From contig CALVLC010000029.1 in assembly GCA_944336335.1 (NCBI GenBank), positions 21,844-85,843 of the forward strand: DNA of 64,000 nt, written 5' to 3'. The first letter of the stretch is position 1. Each line of letters opens with the position of its first letter. This DNA comes from an uncultured Bacilli bacterium (GTDB lineage: Bacteria; Bacillota_I; Bacilli_A; RFN20; CAG-826). Of the stretch, positions 62,471 through 64,000 are shown in pieces. The notes under the pieces were generated by a model. That model saw only the letters and a list, made by a program, of their open reading frames with translations. It had not been told where the DNA came from and did no database searches. A program made the translations under genes and the position numbers.

Positions 62471-63097
62471 ATGTTTATCACTTTTGAAGGACCAGACGGA
62501 AGCGGAAAATCAACAATTATTAAAAGAGTTTTTGAAAAACTTTCTAAAGAAGGATATCAAATTGTTTTAACACGTGAACCAGGCGGAACACCTATCGCTG
62601 AAAAAATAAGAGATATAATTTTAGATAATGCAAATCAAGAGTTAGATGCTAGAACTGAAGCCTTGCTTTACGCTGCTAGTAGAAGACAACACCTTGTAGA
62701 AAAAATCTGGCCAGCATTAAAAGAAGGCAAAATTGTTTTATGTGATCGTTTTCTTGATTCAAGTTTAGCATATCAAGGCGGCGGGAGATCTCTTGGCATT
62801 CAAAATGTTTTAAACGTTAATCTTTTTGCTACAGAAAACACTTATCCAGATTTAACCTTATTTTTTGACATCTCTCCTGAACTCGGTTTAAAAAGAGTTA
62901 ACCAAGATAAGAAAAGAGTCGCTGATAGATTAGATAATGAAAATGAAAATTTCCATGATAAAGTCTATGAAGCCTTCAAAAAAATAGTTGATGATAATCA
63001 AAATAGAATCGTTACCATTGATGCTTCAAAATCAATTGAAGAAGTTACTGAAAACGCTTATCAAATAATCAAAGAAAAATTAAATGGATTACGTTAA
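62471..63097 (+). CDS. tmk: Thymidylate kinase
   Basis: P-loop FEGPDGSGKST, DRF motif and LID region. Confidence 0.95.
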   Translation: MFITFEGPDGSGKSTIIKRVFEKLSKEGYQIVLTREPGGTPIAEKIRDIILDNANQELDARTEALLYAASRRQHLVEKIWPALKEGKIVLCDRFLDSSLAYQGGGRSLGIQNVLNVNLFATENTYPDLTLFFDISPELGLKRVNQDKKRVADRLDNENENFHDKVYEAFKKIVDDNQNRIVTIDASKSIEEVTENAYQIIKEKLNGLR

Positions 63098-64000
63098 TTA
63101 CTTAAAGACATATCAAGAAATACCTTACAAAATTTTTGAGAATGCATTTAAGCACCATAAAATTTTTCATGCATATTTACTAGTTGGTGAAAAAGGAACT
63201 CCACTACTTAACATTTCTAAATTTTTAGCCGCAAGCATAATCGATCCGAAAAGTTCGCCTTTTGCTGATCAAGATACATTACTCTTTGAAAGAATTTTTA
63301 ATGAAAATTATGTCGATTTGCGAGTTTTTGATACAACAAAGACATCTATTAAGATTGATCAGATAAGACAACTTGAATCAGATTTTGCTAAAACAAGTTC
63401 TGAAAAATACGCTAAACGCGTTTACATAATTAATTTGGTTGAAAACTTATCGGTTGATGCAACAAACGCTCTACTAAAATTTTTAGAAGAGCCTCTTCCA
63501 GAAACATTTGCAATTCTAACGACTGAAAACGACAAAAAACTTTTGCCAACTATATTAAGTAGGGTTCAGACTGTCCATTTTTCTTTACTCCCTCAAGAAG
63601 ACTTAATTCAAGAAGCGTTATCTTTAGAAGTTAATGAAGAAAAAGCTGAAATTTTATCTTTCTTTTTTAATGATGCTGAATTAATAAAAGAGAACGAGAA
63701 AAATACAAAATTAAATAAAATCATCGAAATGGGTTTAAATCTTGTATCTTGCTCAAACTACTTCCCTGAATTATTAAATTATTTGTTAAATACTGTATTA
63801 AAAACGCTTCAAGGCAAAGAAGAATTTAGGCAATTCTATGATTTAATAATCATACTTTTTAAAGAAGCAATAAAAGTAAAATATAAAGAGCAAACTGTTC
63901 TATCAAAATATGATAAAATACTAGTTAAGTTAATGGCTTTAGAAAATATTGAAGAAAAAGTTTTAATTTTGATGGACGCCAGAAACGAAATCAACTTTAA
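63084..64000 (+). CDS. holB: DNA polymerase III delta' subunit, partial (runs off the window end)
   Basis: My own translation from ATG 63084: MDYVNYLKTYQEIPYKIF..HAYLLVGEKGTP. Clamp-loader-like, 14-nt overlap with tmk, no stop before 64000. Confidence 0.8.
   Translation, partial: MDYVNYLKTYQEIPYKIFENAFKHHKIFHAYLLVGEKGTPLLNISKFLAASIIDPKSSPFADQDTLLFERIFNENYVDLRVFDTTKTSIKIDQIRQLESDFAKTSSEKYAKRVYIINLVENLSVDATNALLKFLEEPLPETFAILTTENDKKLLPTILSRVQTVHFSLLPQEDLIQEALSLEVNEEKAEILSFFFNDAELIKENEKNTKLNKIIEMGLNLVSCSNYFPELLNYLLNTVLKTLQGKEEFRQFYDLIIILFKEAIKVKYKEQTVLSKYDKILVKLMALENIEEKVLILMDARNEINF

Overview
This is a visibly AT-rich chromosomal segment (composition not computed) from a low-GC Bacillota/Mollicutes-like bacterium. 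It uses the standard code: an RF2 gene carries the classic CTT TGA C +1 frameshift site, so UGA is a stop codon. Gene density is very high. Almost every gene from 1 to 59.6 kb is on the minus strand, and the dnaX-ybaB-recR-tmk-holB block diverges on the plus strand from 59.8 kb.

Content, left to right:
- A partial P-type ATPase, a GH32 sucrose-type hydrolase and two unknown proteins.
- A DtxR-family regulator downstream of a six-gene, translationally coupled operon: YgbA-like Cys-rich protein, two ABC exporter half-transporters, and ECF S/T/AA' importer components (Mpt-like).
- Two tandem paralogous membrane proteins, then mntP and proS.
- A degenerate GGDEF/EAL-like membrane protein and a triple-frameshifted SWIM zinc-finger pseudogene.
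- tRNA-Ser(CGA), nfnAB-like oxidoreductase, two mini-ORFs, an Fe-alcohol dehydrogenase, a macro-domain protein, degV, a HAD hydrolase and an orphan YolD-like gene.
- A GPH-transporter/GH13/GH36/GH2 glycoside operon, eno, peptidases pepC and M29.
- A folD / divergent ThyX-like / 2-hydroxyacid dehydrogenase operon.
- secG, uvrB, yitT, prfB, secA, comFA-comFC, rpiB-tsaC-prmC-prfA, and an ABC exporter.

I found no CRISPR array, transposase, integrase or rRNA.

The most unusual signals are:
- A conserved ~55-bp intergenic element, with three full and two partial copies, built from a TTTGCAnG-T5 box plus three 11-bp-phased TTAGTA repeats.
- A divergent ThyX-fold gene that lacks the RHR signature and is coupled to folD.
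- The Mpt-like exporter+ECF operon, with shared TTAGT/ACTAACT inverted repeats at its promoter and at the regulator's promoter.
- A comFA whose zinc-ribbon coding region starts upstream of any canonical start codon, with its Shine-Dalgarno (SD) sequence buried in the rpiB terminator stem.
- A stand-alone FakA central-domain mini-gene.
- Several long perfect palindromes in 5' regions.
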